Part shown: in pieces, positions 7,732 through 18,163 of the stretch
Position numbering within the stretch: the stretch's first letter is position 1
How the letters are laid out: each line of letters begins with the position of its first letter
Assembly (NCBI GenBank): GCA_910587295.1
Contig: CAJULP010000088.1
Span: 5,347-69,346 of the forward strand
Direction: 5' to 3'
Source: an uncultured Lachnospiraceae bacterium
GTDB taxonomy: Bacteria > Bacillota > Clostridia > Lachnospirales > Lachnospiraceae
Length of the DNA: 64,000 bases
Notes under the pieces: model-generated
The model's database searches: none
Told to the model about the DNA's origin: nothing
The model's input: the letters and a program-made list of their open reading frames with translations, nothing else
Position numbers and translations under genes: made by a program

Positions 7732-7859
7732 ATATTCAATTTAATTTCTCAAGACAATGTACATCATACAATTTTTACAACTAATTGTCAATGTTTGTAC
7801 TATAATATTTTTAATTTTTATGCTACGATATAAAAACTCAAGATAAAAAGGAGTTTAAC

Positions 7860-9224
7860 ATGAAGGCAAAAATAACTAATATGACCGAAGGATCTCCTTC
7901 AAAGCTGATCATCACCTTTGCACTCCCATTAATGGTCGGCAATATATTCCAGCAGCTTTACACCGTCATTGACACCATGGTAGTAGGACGGGCCCTTGGT
8001 GTGTCCGCACTGGCCGCCCTCGGCGCAACGGATTGGCTGAACTGGTTGTTTTCCGGGCTGGTACAGGGATTTGCACAGGGATTTTCCATCTTGATGGCAC
8101 AGGAATTTGGGTCTGGGAATTATAAAAGACTTCGTAAAGTCATTTTTAATTCCCTTATCCTTTCCGTCATCTGTTCTCTGCTGATCCTGGTCATAAGCCA
8201 GGCATGTGCCCACCCGATCCTTACACTATTACATACGCCGGATGATATTATGGACAATTCCCTGTTGTACCTGCGGATCATCTTTCTTGGTATGCCCGTC
8301 ATCATGGCATACAATCTGTCCGCTTCCATCCTGCGCTCCTTAGGAGACAGTAAGACACCCCTCCATGCCATGATAGCGGCGTCAATTACCAATATTGTGC
8401 TGGATCTTATTTTTGTTCTTATTTTCCACTGGGGCATTGCAGGCGCCGCCATAGCAACCCTGTTAGCCCAGCTTCTATCCAGTGTTTACTGCTTTTATTT
8501 TATCCGGCGGATTGAAATACTGAAAACCGCCAAGGAAGAACTTGTGATGGAAAAAGCCATCTGCGGAAAACTGCTTCTACTCAGTTCCCCTATTGCCTTC
8601 CAAAACACTGTCATCTTTATCGGCGGCATGATTGTTCAGTCCGTGGTCAACAGCTTTGGTGTTCTGTTCATCGCCGGGTTTACCGCTACCAATAAGCTTT
8701 ACGGCATATTGGAAAGCGCCGCTACTTCCTACGGCTATTCCATGAGCACTTATGCCGGTCAGAACCTGGGTGCAGGAAATATAAAGAGAATACGTAAAGG
8801 TGTCCGCAGCGCAATGCTGATCGCTCTTGCCACCTCCTTTACCATTTCTTTCATCATGCTGCTCCTTGGCCGGTATATTTTGACCTGGTTTTTATCCGGC
8901 GATCCTGCCCAGATTGAAGCGGCTTTGGAAATCGCCTACCATTACCTTGCCATTATGAGCTTGTTTCTTTCTACCTTGTACTTGCTTTATATCATCCGTT
9001 CCACATTGCAGGGCACCGGTGATACCTTTATGCCCTTCGTCTCCGGCATTGCCGAATTTGTCATGCGGGTAGGCGCAGCCCTGATCCTGCCCCGGTTTCT
9101 TGGACAGGACGGCATTTTTTATGCGGAGATTCTCGCCTGGATAGGAGCAGACGTCATCTTACTTGGCGCTTACATTTACCATGTATGCCAATGGAGCAGG
9201 CTGCCCAATGCCCAAAATACTTAA
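7860..9224 (+). CDS. MATE-family efflux transporter
   Basis: It has about 12 predicted TM helices and a typical MATE N-terminus, LIITFALPLMVGNIFQQLYTVIDTMVVGR. AAAGGAG precedes the ATG. Confidence 0.85.
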   Translation: MKAKITNMTEGSPSKLIITFALPLMVGNIFQQLYTVIDTMVVGRALGVSALAALGATDWLNWLFSGLVQGFAQGFSILMAQEFGSGNYKRLRKVIFNSLILSVICSLLILVISQACAHPILTLLHTPDDIMDNSLLYLRIIFLGMPVIMAYNLSASILRSLGDSKTPLHAMIAASITNIVLDLIFVLIFHWGIAGAAIATLLAQLLSSVYCFYFIRRIEILKTAKEELVMEKAICGKLLLLSSPIAFQNTVIFIGGMIVQSVVNSFGVLFIAGFTATNKLYGILESAATSYGYSMSTYAGQNLGAGNIKRIRKGVRSAMLIALATSFTISFIMLLLGRYILTWFLSGDPAQIEAALEIAYHYLAIMSLFLSTLYLLYIIRSTLQGTGDTFMPFVSGIAEFVMRVGAALILPRFLGQDGIFYAEILAWIGADVILLGAYIYHVCQWSRLPNAQNT

Positions 9225-11341
9225 AGCAAAAGATAGATCACCGTAATGATAAGTCCTATACAGAAAAGCAGCAGACCAAAGGAAAGGCTTCTGCCTATAA
9301 TAATACTATCCTCTGCCCACTCCTCATAAAGTATGGCATACTTATGCTGATAATCTTTCTTTTTCGGATGCCTGCGCCAGATAGTGGCGTTGGCTATCCC
9401 CAAGATTCCGCCTGCCACACTGCCTGCCGCATGAGTGATTATGGTTCCTTCTTCCAGTTCATGCGGTATTTTGCTGTCCTTATACAACGTTTTTCTAAGT
9501 AATACCACCACAGTATCGATCAAGCTGTCAAATACCCTGCAGATCACCCCGAAAACAAAGGGAAGAAAACCCAGCAATACCGGACGGTATATCAGATTTT
9601 CCAGATCCAGACGCCGATACCACCTGTCCACGTATACAGTGCTGCCATCTTTTTTCTTCATCATCCAAAGCCTTACTATGACCAGGTAGACCAGAATGCC
9701 AATACCAATGGAAATACCTGCCCCTTTTAAATTTTCCGGTGAAAACCAGGTAACAGAAGAAAAGCCTTCTTTTGTCACGCCCATAAAGCCATGCCCCATT
9801 TTTGCCAGGCTGCCCATCACCAGATTAGGAAAAAATCCCATCACCGGAAGCAGTGCCGCACACGACGCAAGCACTATGCCGTTTGCTTTTTCCATATAAG
9901 CTCCATTCATAGCATCAAACCGGTCTTGGATCTCCCTGTCCGCATTTTTCTCTATGAAAACTGCCGCATACAGTTTCAGCATATATGCCACTGTCAGACC
10001 GCCGCTTACCAAAAAGCACCATTCAATCCCTTTTAATGCAGACACATCAAACAGCCCTGGCATCCCCTCCCTGATCAGTTCCGTATACATGACAATTGCC
10101 TCATGAAGCAAGGTCTTGCTTATATACCCGTTCCAAAGGGGAAGCCCGCCTATCCCCAATACACCCATAAGAAAAATAAAATGGAGCAGAGGCTTTTTTC
10201 TCCCGAATCCCCTGATATCATTTAAGTTCAGTTTATGCACATTCATAAAAACCACGCCTGCTGCCAAAAACAACACCAATTTGATCAGGGAATGGTTTAC
10301 CATATGCAAAAGGCTCCCTTCTACCGCAGCCCATCTTCCTTCATCCAGAAGTCCTGATAAACCAACGCCTACAAGAATAAAACCAATCTGGGAAACGGAA
10401 GAACAGGCCAGCGTCCGTTTCAGATCCACGGAAAATAACGCAAGCACCGCCCCCGTTACCATGGTACAGACACCCAGGAGCAAGATTATGCTCTCCCACC
10501 TTACGCTGCCCGCAAATATAAAAGCCGTTAAGACCAAAATCCCAAATACCCCCGCCTTCGTCAAGATTCCCGATAGCAGTGCGGAAGCAGGTGCAGGGGC
10601 AGCAGGATGGGCTTTAGGAAGCCAGATATGCAGTGGAAACGCACCGGCTTTAGCCCCAAATCCAACCAGCAGACATATCCCTGCAATCATCAGCTTCTTT
10701 TCAGGAATCCCGCTGGAAGTGGTCAGGGCATACATTTGATAGCATCCTGCCAGCTCCTCAAACACCAAAGTGCCCGTCATATTGTAAATCATAAAAATCC
10801 CCATCAGCATCACAAGGCCGCCAATCACTGCCACTGCAAGGTAGGTTTCGGCCGCCCGCAGAGATGCCTTTTTCTCATCCTGGGCCACCCATACATAAGA
10901 GGTAAAGGACATCATCTCAAAAAAGAGAAACATGGTATAAAAATCAGCCGATAAAAACACACCTTCCGTAGCGCCTAATGTCAAAAGAAGGAAAAGATAA
11001 TACCGGTTCCTGTTGCGGTAATGAGTAAAATATTCTCTGGAAAACAGTGTACTTGAAAACCACAACAATGCCGCAATACCGCCATAAAGCATCCGGAAAT
11101 CATCCAACACAAAATGAAGGCCCATGCCGCACACTTCCGGTATCTCTAACATCAGATCCTGATGAGACGGCCCTGCACTATTCTTAGTCAGAAAAAATAA
11201 CAACAGAAAGGCTGCCAGCTCCATGCCGGTGGCGGCATCCGCAAAATAATCCCTTCCTTTTTTATCTTTTTTACCGATCAAATAGCAAACCAACGCAGAT
11301 ACCATCGGAAAAAACACTACAAATCCCAGTATACCGCTCAT
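9221..11341 (-). CDS. mrpA: Mrp/Mnh antiporter large subunit, NuoL/MrpA-like (706 aa)
   Basis: It is polytopic and carries the proton-conducting membrane transporter family signature around AGAFPLHIWLPKAHPAAPAPASALLSG. It is the last gene of the mrp-like operon. Confidence 0.75.
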   Translation of the reverse strand: MSGILGFVVFFPMVSALVCYLIGKKDKKGRDYFADAATGMELAAFLLLFFLTKNSAGPSHQDLMLEIPEVCGMGLHFVLDDFRMLYGGIAALLWFSSTLFSREYFTHYRNRNRYYLFLLLTLGATEGVFLSADFYTMFLFFEMMSFTSYVWVAQDEKKASLRAAETYLAVAVIGGLVMLMGIFMIYNMTGTLVFEELAGCYQMYALTTSSGIPEKKLMIAGICLLVGFGAKAGAFPLHIWLPKAHPAAPAPASALLSGILTKAGVFGILVLTAFIFAGSVRWESIILLLGVCTMVTGAVLALFSVDLKRTLACSSVSQIGFILVGVGLSGLLDEGRWAAVEGSLLHMVNHSLIKLVLFLAAGVVFMNVHKLNLNDIRGFGRKKPLLHFIFLMGVLGIGGLPLWNGYISKTLLHEAIVMYTELIREGMPGLFDVSALKGIEWCFLVSGGLTVAYMLKLYAAVFIEKNADREIQDRFDAMNGAYMEKANGIVLASCAALLPVMGFFPNLVMGSLAKMGHGFMGVTKEGFSSVTWFSPENLKGAGISIGIGILVYLVIVRLWMMKKKDGSTVYVDRWYRRLDLENLIYRPVLLGFLPFVFGVICRVFDSLIDTVVVLLRKTLYKDSKIPHELEEGTIITHAAGSVAGGILGIANATIWRRHPKKKDYQHKYAILYEEWAEDSIIIGRSLSFGLLLFCIGLIITVIYLLL

Positions 11342-11356
11342 ACCACAGTCTCCTTT

Positions 11357-12820
11357 CTAATACACCCCTGCTGCCACATTTCCAAAAAATTCCACGATCC
11401 GTGACGAATCAAGGCCAAACGCAATGATAAAAAAAGAAAATACAAACAGCGGAAGCAGCATCTTCCAATCAGGATCCTTTACATCCTTTATCGTGTCCAT
11501 ATCAAAATCATTTTCCGGGAAAAATCCCCGGATCACAATCGTCAGCATATACATTGCCGTTAAAAGGGCAGAGACCAGAAGGCATCCGATTCCCACAACC
11601 GCCATCCTGTTGCCGCTTTCTACCGCCGCAGCAGCCAGATTCCATTTGCTGATAAACCCGGCAAGTCCGGGCACGCCCATAAGCCCCAGCGAAGAGACCG
11701 TAAAGATTCCAAATACACAAGGCATTTTGCGGCCCATGCCGTTAAGCTCATGCACATAGACCCGGTCTGTCTGGTGCATGACTGCACCAGCACAAAAAAA
11801 GGAACAGATTTTCATCACTGCGTGGAACACCAGATGGCTCAGCGCACCTACCAGTCCCGCAGGCGTCATCATGACAACGCCAAATAAGATATAAGATAGA
11901 TTACTGATGGTGGAATAGGCCAGTCTTCTTTTTAGATGGGTTTCCTTTAGCGCGCGGCTGCACCCGTAAATAATGGTAAACAGCACAATTGCCATCAGCA
12001 CGTTCTGCGCCCATGTTCCACGTACAAACTCAATGCCGAAGCTGTAATACGTCAGCCGGATGATGGCAAAGGCACCGGATTTGACCACCGCCACCGCATG
12101 GAGAAGCGCCGTCACCGGTGTAGGGGCAACGCCTGCCCTTGGAAGCCAGGAATTAAACGGGCAAAGCGCCGCTTTCACCCCAAAACCCATAAAAGCAATC
12201 ACGTAGACCAAAAGCAAAACATTTGTCCTCGTTCCGATTTTTTCCGAATCCAAAACCCCGCCAAATACAAAATTGGTAGAAGTTCCGTAAATGATCACAA
12301 AAATAAGGCCGATAAACGCAAATGCCGCACCTCCCAGGGAATAATACAGATATTTTCTGCTGGCAAGGATCGCTTCCCTGGTCAGCGTATGCATCACCAA
12401 AGGAACAGTCACTAATGTTAACAATTCATAAAAGAAATACATGGTAAGCAGATTTGCCGCCATGGAAATGCCCAGCGTCACACCATAGGTCATCGTATAA
12501 AACATGAAAAAGACTTTCTCATGTTCTTCTTTTGTCATATATTCAAAAGCATACAAGGTGGCAAAAGGCCATAATGCGGATACCAGTCCCCCAAAAACCA
12601 TGCTCATTCCGTCAGCCCGAAAGCTGATGGACAAGTTTCCTGTAAAGTTAGCCAGTGTAAAAATGCTTTCTGTACGGTGAAGCAACAGATACCACACCAA
12701 TAAGCTATTGAGGATCACTATCCCCTCTAAAAAGACTTCCATCTGCGTTCTCTTTTTAAACGGGATCAGAGGGATCAGCACCCCTGCTATCATCGGGATC
12801 AAAATAACTAACATGATCAT
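11357..12820 (-). CDS. mrpD: MrpD/NuoM-like antiporter subunit (copy 3)
   Basis: FPFNSWLPRAGVAPTPVTALLHAVAVVKSG is the NuoM/MrpD family core. Confidence 0.75.
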   Translation of the reverse strand: MIMLVILIPMIAGVLIPLIPFKKRTQMEVFLEGIVILNSLLVWYLLLHRTESIFTLANFTGNLSISFRADGMSMVFGGLVSALWPFATLYAFEYMTKEEHEKVFFMFYTMTYGVTLGISMAANLLTMYFFYELLTLVTVPLVMHTLTREAILASRKYLYYSLGGAAFAFIGLIFVIIYGTSTNFVFGGVLDSEKIGTRTNVLLLVYVIAFMGFGVKAALCPFNSWLPRAGVAPTPVTALLHAVAVVKSGAFAIIRLTYYSFGIEFVRGTWAQNVLMAIVLFTIIYGCSRALKETHLKRRLAYSTISNLSYILFGVVMMTPAGLVGALSHLVFHAVMKICSFFCAGAVMHQTDRVYVHELNGMGRKMPCVFGIFTVSSLGLMGVPGLAGFISKWNLAAAAVESGNRMAVVGIGCLLVSALLTAMYMLTIVIRGFFPENDFDMDTIKDVKDPDWKMLLPLFVFSFFIIAFGLDSSRIVEFFGNVAAGVY

Positions 12821-12838
12821 GGCTCCATCTCCTCCTTC

Positions 12839-14311
12839 CTAAACAATCTTTTCCATCAACTGCTGCAGATAATCTAAAACCCTTCCCGGTAGAAGACCCA
12901 TAGCCACCGACAAAACTGTAAGAACCAGGATTGGCACACGCATAAGCAGCGGAGGCTCCTTTTTTTGCAGCTTTCCATAGTCATAATCCTCCCCCGGTAA
13001 AAACCCGTGGACGGAAATAGGCAGCAGGTAACCGGCCGTAAGAAGGGCGCTGATCAATAATACCACCGGGCCAAGCCAGCCAATCACTCGGATTCCCGAA
13101 GACAAAGCGCCCTGTGCCAGATACCACTTACTGATAAAGCCTCCCATGGGAGGAATCCCGATCAGCCCCAAGGAAACCACCGTATAACAGCACATGGTAA
13201 AGGGCATTTCCTTTCCAATACCCCTAAGCTCCTCAACCCGGGTCTTTCCTGTGGCATATATGATCACTCCGGCACATAAAAACAACGCAGCCTTCACAAA
13301 CCCATGGCAGAGCACATGGAACAGGCCGCCCGCTATAGAATCTCCATTCATGACCGCAAGTCCGAACAAAATATAGGACACCTGGCTGATGGTGGAAAAC
13401 GCCAGCCGCTTTTTTAACACAGGTTCCCGGCAGGCCAGCATTGAACCCATGAAAATCGTCAGAAGCGTCAGCACAAGCCAGGCGCTCTGCACCCATGTTC
13501 CCCGCAAAAAAGAAACACCGTAACTATAAAACACCACCCTCACAAGCGCTAACACCCCTGCTTTTACGATCACTGCGGATAATACCGCGGAAGCCGGGGC
13601 TGGCGCTGCCGGATGAGCCGTAGAAAGCCAGCTATGCATAGGAAACATACCCGCCTTCACTCCAAACCCTAACAGCATGAAAAAAGCCGTAACAAGCAGG
13701 ATTCCGCCATGACCGGCAGCGGCCTGCTCACTGATCACCCCGCCTGCGCTGAAAGTAAGGGTATTTCCGTACTTTTCCACAAAATAAAGTCCAAACAAAG
13801 ACAGGTAGGCTCCGCTTAAAGAATAAAACAAATATTTTAAAGCCGCCATCACTGATTCCTTTTTTCCATTATGAAGCACCAATGGAAAAGACGATAAGGT
13901 CAACAGCTCAAAAAACAAATAAAATGTGATCAGGTTGCCTGCAAAACAAAGGGCCGTAAAAACACCCATTACGATAAGGTAATACCCGTAAAATCTCTTT
14001 TCCTTCTGTTCATGCTTCATGTATACAAAAGAAAAACTTCCCGCACACAAAAAAATGACCGCTGCCAGGACAGAAAAAAGAATACTGACCTCGTCAATTT
14101 TAAACAAGATCGGCAGTCTGTCCGTGAGATTAAAGAGTGTGTACATACCCTTTCCCCCAAGGCAGATTGCCAGAGCCGCCCAAAATGCACTTAAAAGCAA
14201 AAACACTCCTGTCATGGCCAGCAGGACTTTTCTGTTTTTCGGTTCCTTCCTTACAAGGAGATATACCCCCGCCGCAATGGGGAATAAAATAGATAATGCA
14301 ATGTACCGCAT
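12839..14311 (-). CDS. mrpD: MrpD/NuoM-like antiporter subunit (copy 2)
   Basis: The family core is FPMHSWLSTAHPAAPAPASAVLSAVIVKAG. I trimmed the start to ATG 14311, which follows GGAGG plus 5 nt. Confidence 0.75.
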   Translation of the reverse strand: MRYIALSILFPIAAGVYLLVRKEPKNRKVLLAMTGVFLLLSAFWAALAICLGGKGMYTLFNLTDRLPILFKIDEVSILFSVLAAVIFLCAGSFSFVYMKHEQKEKRFYGYYLIVMGVFTALCFAGNLITFYLFFELLTLSSFPLVLHNGKKESVMAALKYLFYSLSGAYLSLFGLYFVEKYGNTLTFSAGGVISEQAAAGHGGILLVTAFFMLLGFGVKAGMFPMHSWLSTAHPAAPAPASAVLSAVIVKAGVLALVRVVFYSYGVSFLRGTWVQSAWLVLTLLTIFMGSMLACREPVLKKRLAFSTISQVSYILFGLAVMNGDSIAGGLFHVLCHGFVKAALFLCAGVIIYATGKTRVEELRGIGKEMPFTMCCYTVVSLGLIGIPPMGGFISKWYLAQGALSSGIRVIGWLGPVVLLISALLTAGYLLPISVHGFLPGEDYDYGKLQKKEPPLLMRVPILVLTVLSVAMGLLPGRVLDYLQQLMEKIV

Positions 14312-14336
14312 AACAACCTCCATCATTTCCCGGCCA

Positions 14337-15851
14337 TCAGGAGAACATGGCAAGACCCTGGCCGATCAGGTCAACCACCGGCTGGGAACTTACACCCAGA
14401 ATCACGTTCAAAATAGTGAAACAAATTAGCGCTGTCGTGTATGACCTTCTGTTTTTATAAGCATAAACCATATCTCCGGCAGTATCGGCAGTATTGTTTA
14501 TACTGTCCACAGGCGTATAGATACGAATCACTGTTTTCATAAAATAAATAGCGTTAAGAATGGTACTTATCCCCAGCACGATCAATGCCGGAAGCATTTT
14601 CCCACTATTTTGCACCGCAGCCTGGGCAAACAAAAGCTTACTGATAAACCCCGAAAAAAGTGGTACACCCACCATGGATAATGACCCCACCGTAAAGGCC
14701 ACCCCCGCCCATTTATTCCGGTAAGCGGCTCCGGTCAGATCAATGAACTTCCTGCTGCCCTTTGAAACGTCCGTCAAACCGATGGCAGCAACAAACAATA
14801 ACGATTTCGTGGCTGCATGAGATAATATATGAAACACGCTGGCCGCCATCCCCGCTTCCGTTCCCATACCGATCCCCATATAAATATATCCGATCTGGGC
14901 AACCGAAGAATAAGCGATCATCCTGCGGATATCATTTTCCCGTATGGCGCTTAATGAGCCAAATATCATTCCCATAAGACCAAAGACAAATAAAACATCA
15001 ATGATCCTGCTGTCATCAAAAACCGTTACTCCGATTACCCTGTAGACAATCTTCATCAGCAAAAAAATATATCCCTTGGAAACCAAACTGGACAAAACCG
15101 CTGCCGAGGATACAGTAGAATATCCATAAGCGTCCGGCAGCCATGCATGAAAGGGAAACAACGCACTTTTGATGGCAAGGCCCACGCTCATCAGGGCAAT
15201 GGTCACCAAAAGAGGCGTCCTGTACTGCCCGGAAGATGCCAAAGCCTTCACCTGCTCATGGATATTGCTCATCAGCAAATGTCCGGTCAGATCATAAAGC
15301 ATGCAAATGCCCATCAATAAAAGCCCTGACCCTAAAAGACTCATGATCATATACCGCACCGCGGCTTCAATGGTCCTGCCGTTCTGCCGGATCATAATCA
15401 GTCCACATGCCGCAATGGTATTGATCTCCACGAATACATATGCGGTAAACAGATCATTGGTATACACCAGAGCCAGCAGGGAACTTAACATTAAATCCAT
15501 CAGGATATAGTAAAGATTATGTTTTTCTGAATCTACCTCTTCCTCCAGCTTTTTACGTCCGCCAAACAAAGAAAGCAGCATGATAATGCAAAAAAACAAT
15601 GCCGTTCCCGCTTCCAGCACACCGGCACGTATTTCATTTCCCCAGGGCGCAGGAAAATGCCCCATCATATAAGTATAACTTTCCCCTTTTCTCATCAGAT
15701 AAAGGAGTAAAACCCAGGAAAGCACGCCTGATATAAAAATTACCGCCGTATTTACCCACTTAGCCGCTTTTCCCGGAAGTACGGAACTGATGATCCCGGA
15801 AAGCATAGACAATATGATAGAAAAGAAAGGGAAATTCTGCACAAAATCCAT
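14337..15851 (-). CDS. mrpD: MrpD/NuoN-like antiporter subunit (copy 1)
   Basis: The family core is FPFHAWLPDAYGYSTVSSAAVLSSLVSKG. AAGGAGGGG precedes the ATG. Confidence 0.75.
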   Translation of the reverse strand: MDFVQNFPFFSIILSMLSGIISSVLPGKAAKWVNTAVIFISGVLSWVLLLYLMRKGESYTYMMGHFPAPWGNEIRAGVLEAGTALFFCIIMLLSLFGGRKKLEEEVDSEKHNLYYILMDLMLSSLLALVYTNDLFTAYVFVEINTIAACGLIMIRQNGRTIEAAVRYMIMSLLGSGLLLMGICMLYDLTGHLLMSNIHEQVKALASSGQYRTPLLVTIALMSVGLAIKSALFPFHAWLPDAYGYSTVSSAAVLSSLVSKGYIFLLMKIVYRVIGVTVFDDSRIIDVLFVFGLMGMIFGSLSAIRENDIRRMIAYSSVAQIGYIYMGIGMGTEAGMAASVFHILSHAATKSLLFVAAIGLTDVSKGSRKFIDLTGAAYRNKWAGVAFTVGSLSMVGVPLFSGFISKLLFAQAAVQNSGKMLPALIVLGISTILNAIYFMKTVIRIYTPVDSINNTADTAGDMVYAYKNRRSYTTALICFTILNVILGVSSQPVVDLIGQGLAMFS

Positions 15852-16225
15852 TATAACCCCTCCTTTCTCAGTCTCATGGAAATCTCATCTAAATCCAGTG
15901 TATGATACCGTTTGTATAATCGGATGGTCAAAGACAGCATCAAAGCAGAAACAGATACCGAAACCACGATACCTGTAAGCACAAGACCGCTGGGTATGGG
16001 ATTGATGTATGTCTCCGCTTCCTGGATACCATCCACGATAATAGGCACTACCCTTCCGTTTATATAACCTTTTTCCGCCAGAAATAAGTAAACGGCGGAA
16101 TCCATGATATTCAGTCCTATAATTTTTTTAATGAGGTTTTTCTGAAGCAGCAAGTTCATAAATCCGATGACAAAAAGGACCATCGCCACCGCTTCCCCAT
16201 AATTGGTCAACAGATTGCCGCCCAT
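15851..16225 (-). CDS. mrpC: MrpC/NuoK-like subunit
   Basis: The trimmed product is about 124 aa with 3 TM helices. LIKKIIGLNIMDSAVYLFL is typical of MnhC. The start is ATG 16225, one nt after the MrpB stop. Confidence 0.75.
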   Translation of the reverse strand: MGGNLLTNYGEAVAMVLFVIGFMNLLLQKNLIKKIIGLNIMDSAVYLFLAEKGYINGRVVPIIVDGIQEAETYINPIPSGLVLTGIVVSVSVSALMLSLTIRLYKRYHTLDLDEISMRLRKEGL

Positions 16226-16226
16226 C

Positions 16227-17186
16227 TTAAAAATCTCCTTTACGAAACATGACATAAAATGTATACATGGTACACGCAACTACCATCCCCACACAGATAT
16301 TGAGCGGCAGGATCAGTCCGCTGCTTAAAATATGCCCTGCTTCCCCTAATGGGATATGACTGTCCAAATGATTTGCCCCCGTAAAAAAAGAATAGCTTTT
16401 TGCAAGGCAGTAAAAGGTAAGGGCCACAAAGCAGACTGCCTTATAGGTTTTTTCCGTAAACATTTTCTCTGCTTTTTCAAAACCAAAAGCCGTCAGGTAC
16501 AAGATCAGCCCTGCCCCGATAATTGCGCCACCGGAAAAACCGCCTCCCGGTGATAAATGCCCGTTTAAGATCACATAAATCCCATAGATAATGATGACCG
16601 GAACTAAAATTGCCGCACTTGCCTGCAGGATCACATCATTTTTAGGTTCAAACACACGGTCATCCTCTTCTTTTTCCCCACTGCCTTTTTTCTTTCTGTG
16701 CAGCAGGATCAATACTGTGACCGTAGCGATAAAAAGCACATTTGACTCACCAAAGGTATCAAATGCCCTGTAATCTAAAATCATACCGGTGACCACATTC
16801 ACTGCCCCGGTCTCCTCGAGACCTTTTTCGATGTACCGTTTCGGTACTTCATTGTTAGCCGGATTAGAAGCATTTCCCGTTCCCGGCAGGCAGGAAACCG
16901 TATAAAGCAAAAGCCCTGCCAGCACAATGGAAAAAAAGATAGCCGCTATCACGTAAATCTTATGAAAAAGAACCAGCTTCCGGTTTTTTTCCACGTCATA
17001 AACCTTATCATGGATCATCTGCCTTTCGGACATTCTTTCCAAAATCGTGGACTCCGGTGTTTCTATCTCCTTTTGGGGCTGCATTTCCACTTCACCTAAA
17101 TAAGGATCCTTACTTCCGGAAAGCCACCTGAAAAAATGGAAGGCAAAGGTTTTTTCATATTCCTTCTGGGGCTTTAGTCTGCTCAT
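16227..17186 (-). CDS. mrpB: MrpB-domain subunit (MnhB)
   Basis: The MnhB block is VNVVTGMILDYRAFDTFGE. AAGGAGGA precedes the ATG at 17186. Confidence 0.7.
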   Translation of the reverse strand: MSRLKPQKEYEKTFAFHFFRWLSGSKDPYLGEVEMQPQKEIETPESTILERMSERQMIHDKVYDVEKNRKLVLFHKIYVIAAIFFSIVLAGLLLYTVSCLPGTGNASNPANNEVPKRYIEKGLEETGAVNVVTGMILDYRAFDTFGESNVLFIATVTVLILLHRKKKGSGEKEEDDRVFEPKNDVILQASAAILVPVIIIYGIYVILNGHLSPGGGFSGGAIIGAGLILYLTAFGFEKAEKMFTEKTYKAVCFVALTFYCLAKSYSFFTGANHLDSHIPLGEAGHILSSGLILPLNICVGMVVACTMYTFYVMFRKGDF

Positions 17187-17469
17187 TCCTGTCCTCCTTT
17201 CCTTTTCCCTGTTTTACATCCTTATCATCCTCTATCCGGATGGCATGGATCTTTTTCAGGGTAGCAAAAAACAAAAGGCTGGTGACCCCCGCCCCCACAG
17301 CCGCTTCGGTAATTGCCAGATCCGGAGACTCCAGACAAACCCAGATCATGGACATGATAAGGCTGTAGGACATATAGATCAGAATAGAGTTTAAAATATT
17401 TTTAGAAAAGCTGACGGAAATTGCACACACCACCAAAAAGACAAGTAACGTACATTGGAACAATATCAT
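17155..17469 (-). CDS. MbhD/DUF4040-like small membrane subunit (corresponds to the MrpA C-terminal region)
   Basis: It is 104 aa with about 3 TM helices, and it contains LAITEAAVGAGVTSLLF. It has an ATGA overlap with the mrpG stop. Confidence 0.55.
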   Translation of the reverse strand: MILFQCTLLVFLVVCAISVSFSKNILNSILIYMSYSLIMSMIWVCLESPDLAITEAAVGAGVTSLLFFATLKKIHAIRIEDDKDVKQGKGKEDRNEQTKAPEGI

Positions 17470-17876
17470 TGTCCTTTTCCTCCTTCTGCTTTTTCTTCTT
17501 TGCCCGCAAGCTCCTTTTCCAATTTTTCCAGATTAGAATATGCCTTGCAGTTTTCCAGCAGCCTTTCATTGGTAGCCACTTCCAGCTTAGCAAGCAAATG
17601 AGAAGACACCGGAGAAGCAAGCCACAAAAAGACAACGATAAGCCCCATCTTTAAAGTGGTAAAATTCCAGCCCGAAAAAATCATCAGCCCTACCAGTGAA
17701 AAACTGATTCCCAATGTATCTCCCATGGCTGCGGCATGCATCCGGTTCAACACATATTTAAAATGAAATACTCCGTATAATTCGATCAGAAATATGCCAA
17801 GGCCGCACGCCAAAAGCCCGCCGCCTGCCAATAACCTGACCCATTCAATCATCCCCAACAAAAACACCCCCTTCAT
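17466..17876 (-). CDS. mrpG: MrpG/PhaG-like subunit
   Basis: YVLNRMHAAAMGDTLG and LWLASPVSSHLLAK are typical of MnhG. The start is uncertain (17876 or 17852). Confidence 0.7.
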   Translation of the reverse strand: MKGVFLLGMIEWVRLLAGGGLLACGLGIFLIELYGVFHFKYVLNRMHAAAMGDTLGISFSLVGLMIFSGWNFTTLKMGLIVVFLWLASPVSSHLLAKLEVATNERLLENCKAYSNLEKLEKELAGKEEKAEGGKGQ

Positions 17877-18162
17877 TCTTGCTTGCCCGGTCAGCCTGCT
17901 TACGCCTTTCTTCCTCGTATACCCCTATGTATACCTTGGAGATCACGATCACCGCAAGGAAGCTCACCATCGCGTAGATCAGGCAGATATCAATCAGGAA
18001 ACCTTCATCCAGTAACAGGGATAATGCTGCGATCATGACCATAACCATGGTTCCCATCATGTTGACCGCCACAATACGATCGGAAACCCGCGGTCCTTTG
18101 ACCGCCCGGACTAAACAGGCAAACAACATAAACGCCAGAATAACCAGCATCGCTATATACAT
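17845..18162 (-). CDS. mrpF: MrpF/PhaF-like subunit
   Basis: LVRAVKGPRVSDRIVAVNMMGT is the MnhF signature region. Confidence 0.7.
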   Translation of the reverse strand: MYIAMLVILAFMLFACLVRAVKGPRVSDRIVAVNMMGTMVMVMIAALSLLLDEGFLIDICLIYAMVSFLAVIVISKVYIGVYEEERRKQADRASKNEGGVFVGDD

Positions 18163-18163
18163 A

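Noticed and set aside
10116-10739. 207-aa plus-strand ORF, and similar ORFs at 9435-10036, 10607-10954, 11424-11759 and 12098-12415
   Set aside because: They are antisense to strongly supported polytopic Mrp subunit genes. They have low-complexity P/S/T/R/K-rich products and no SD.
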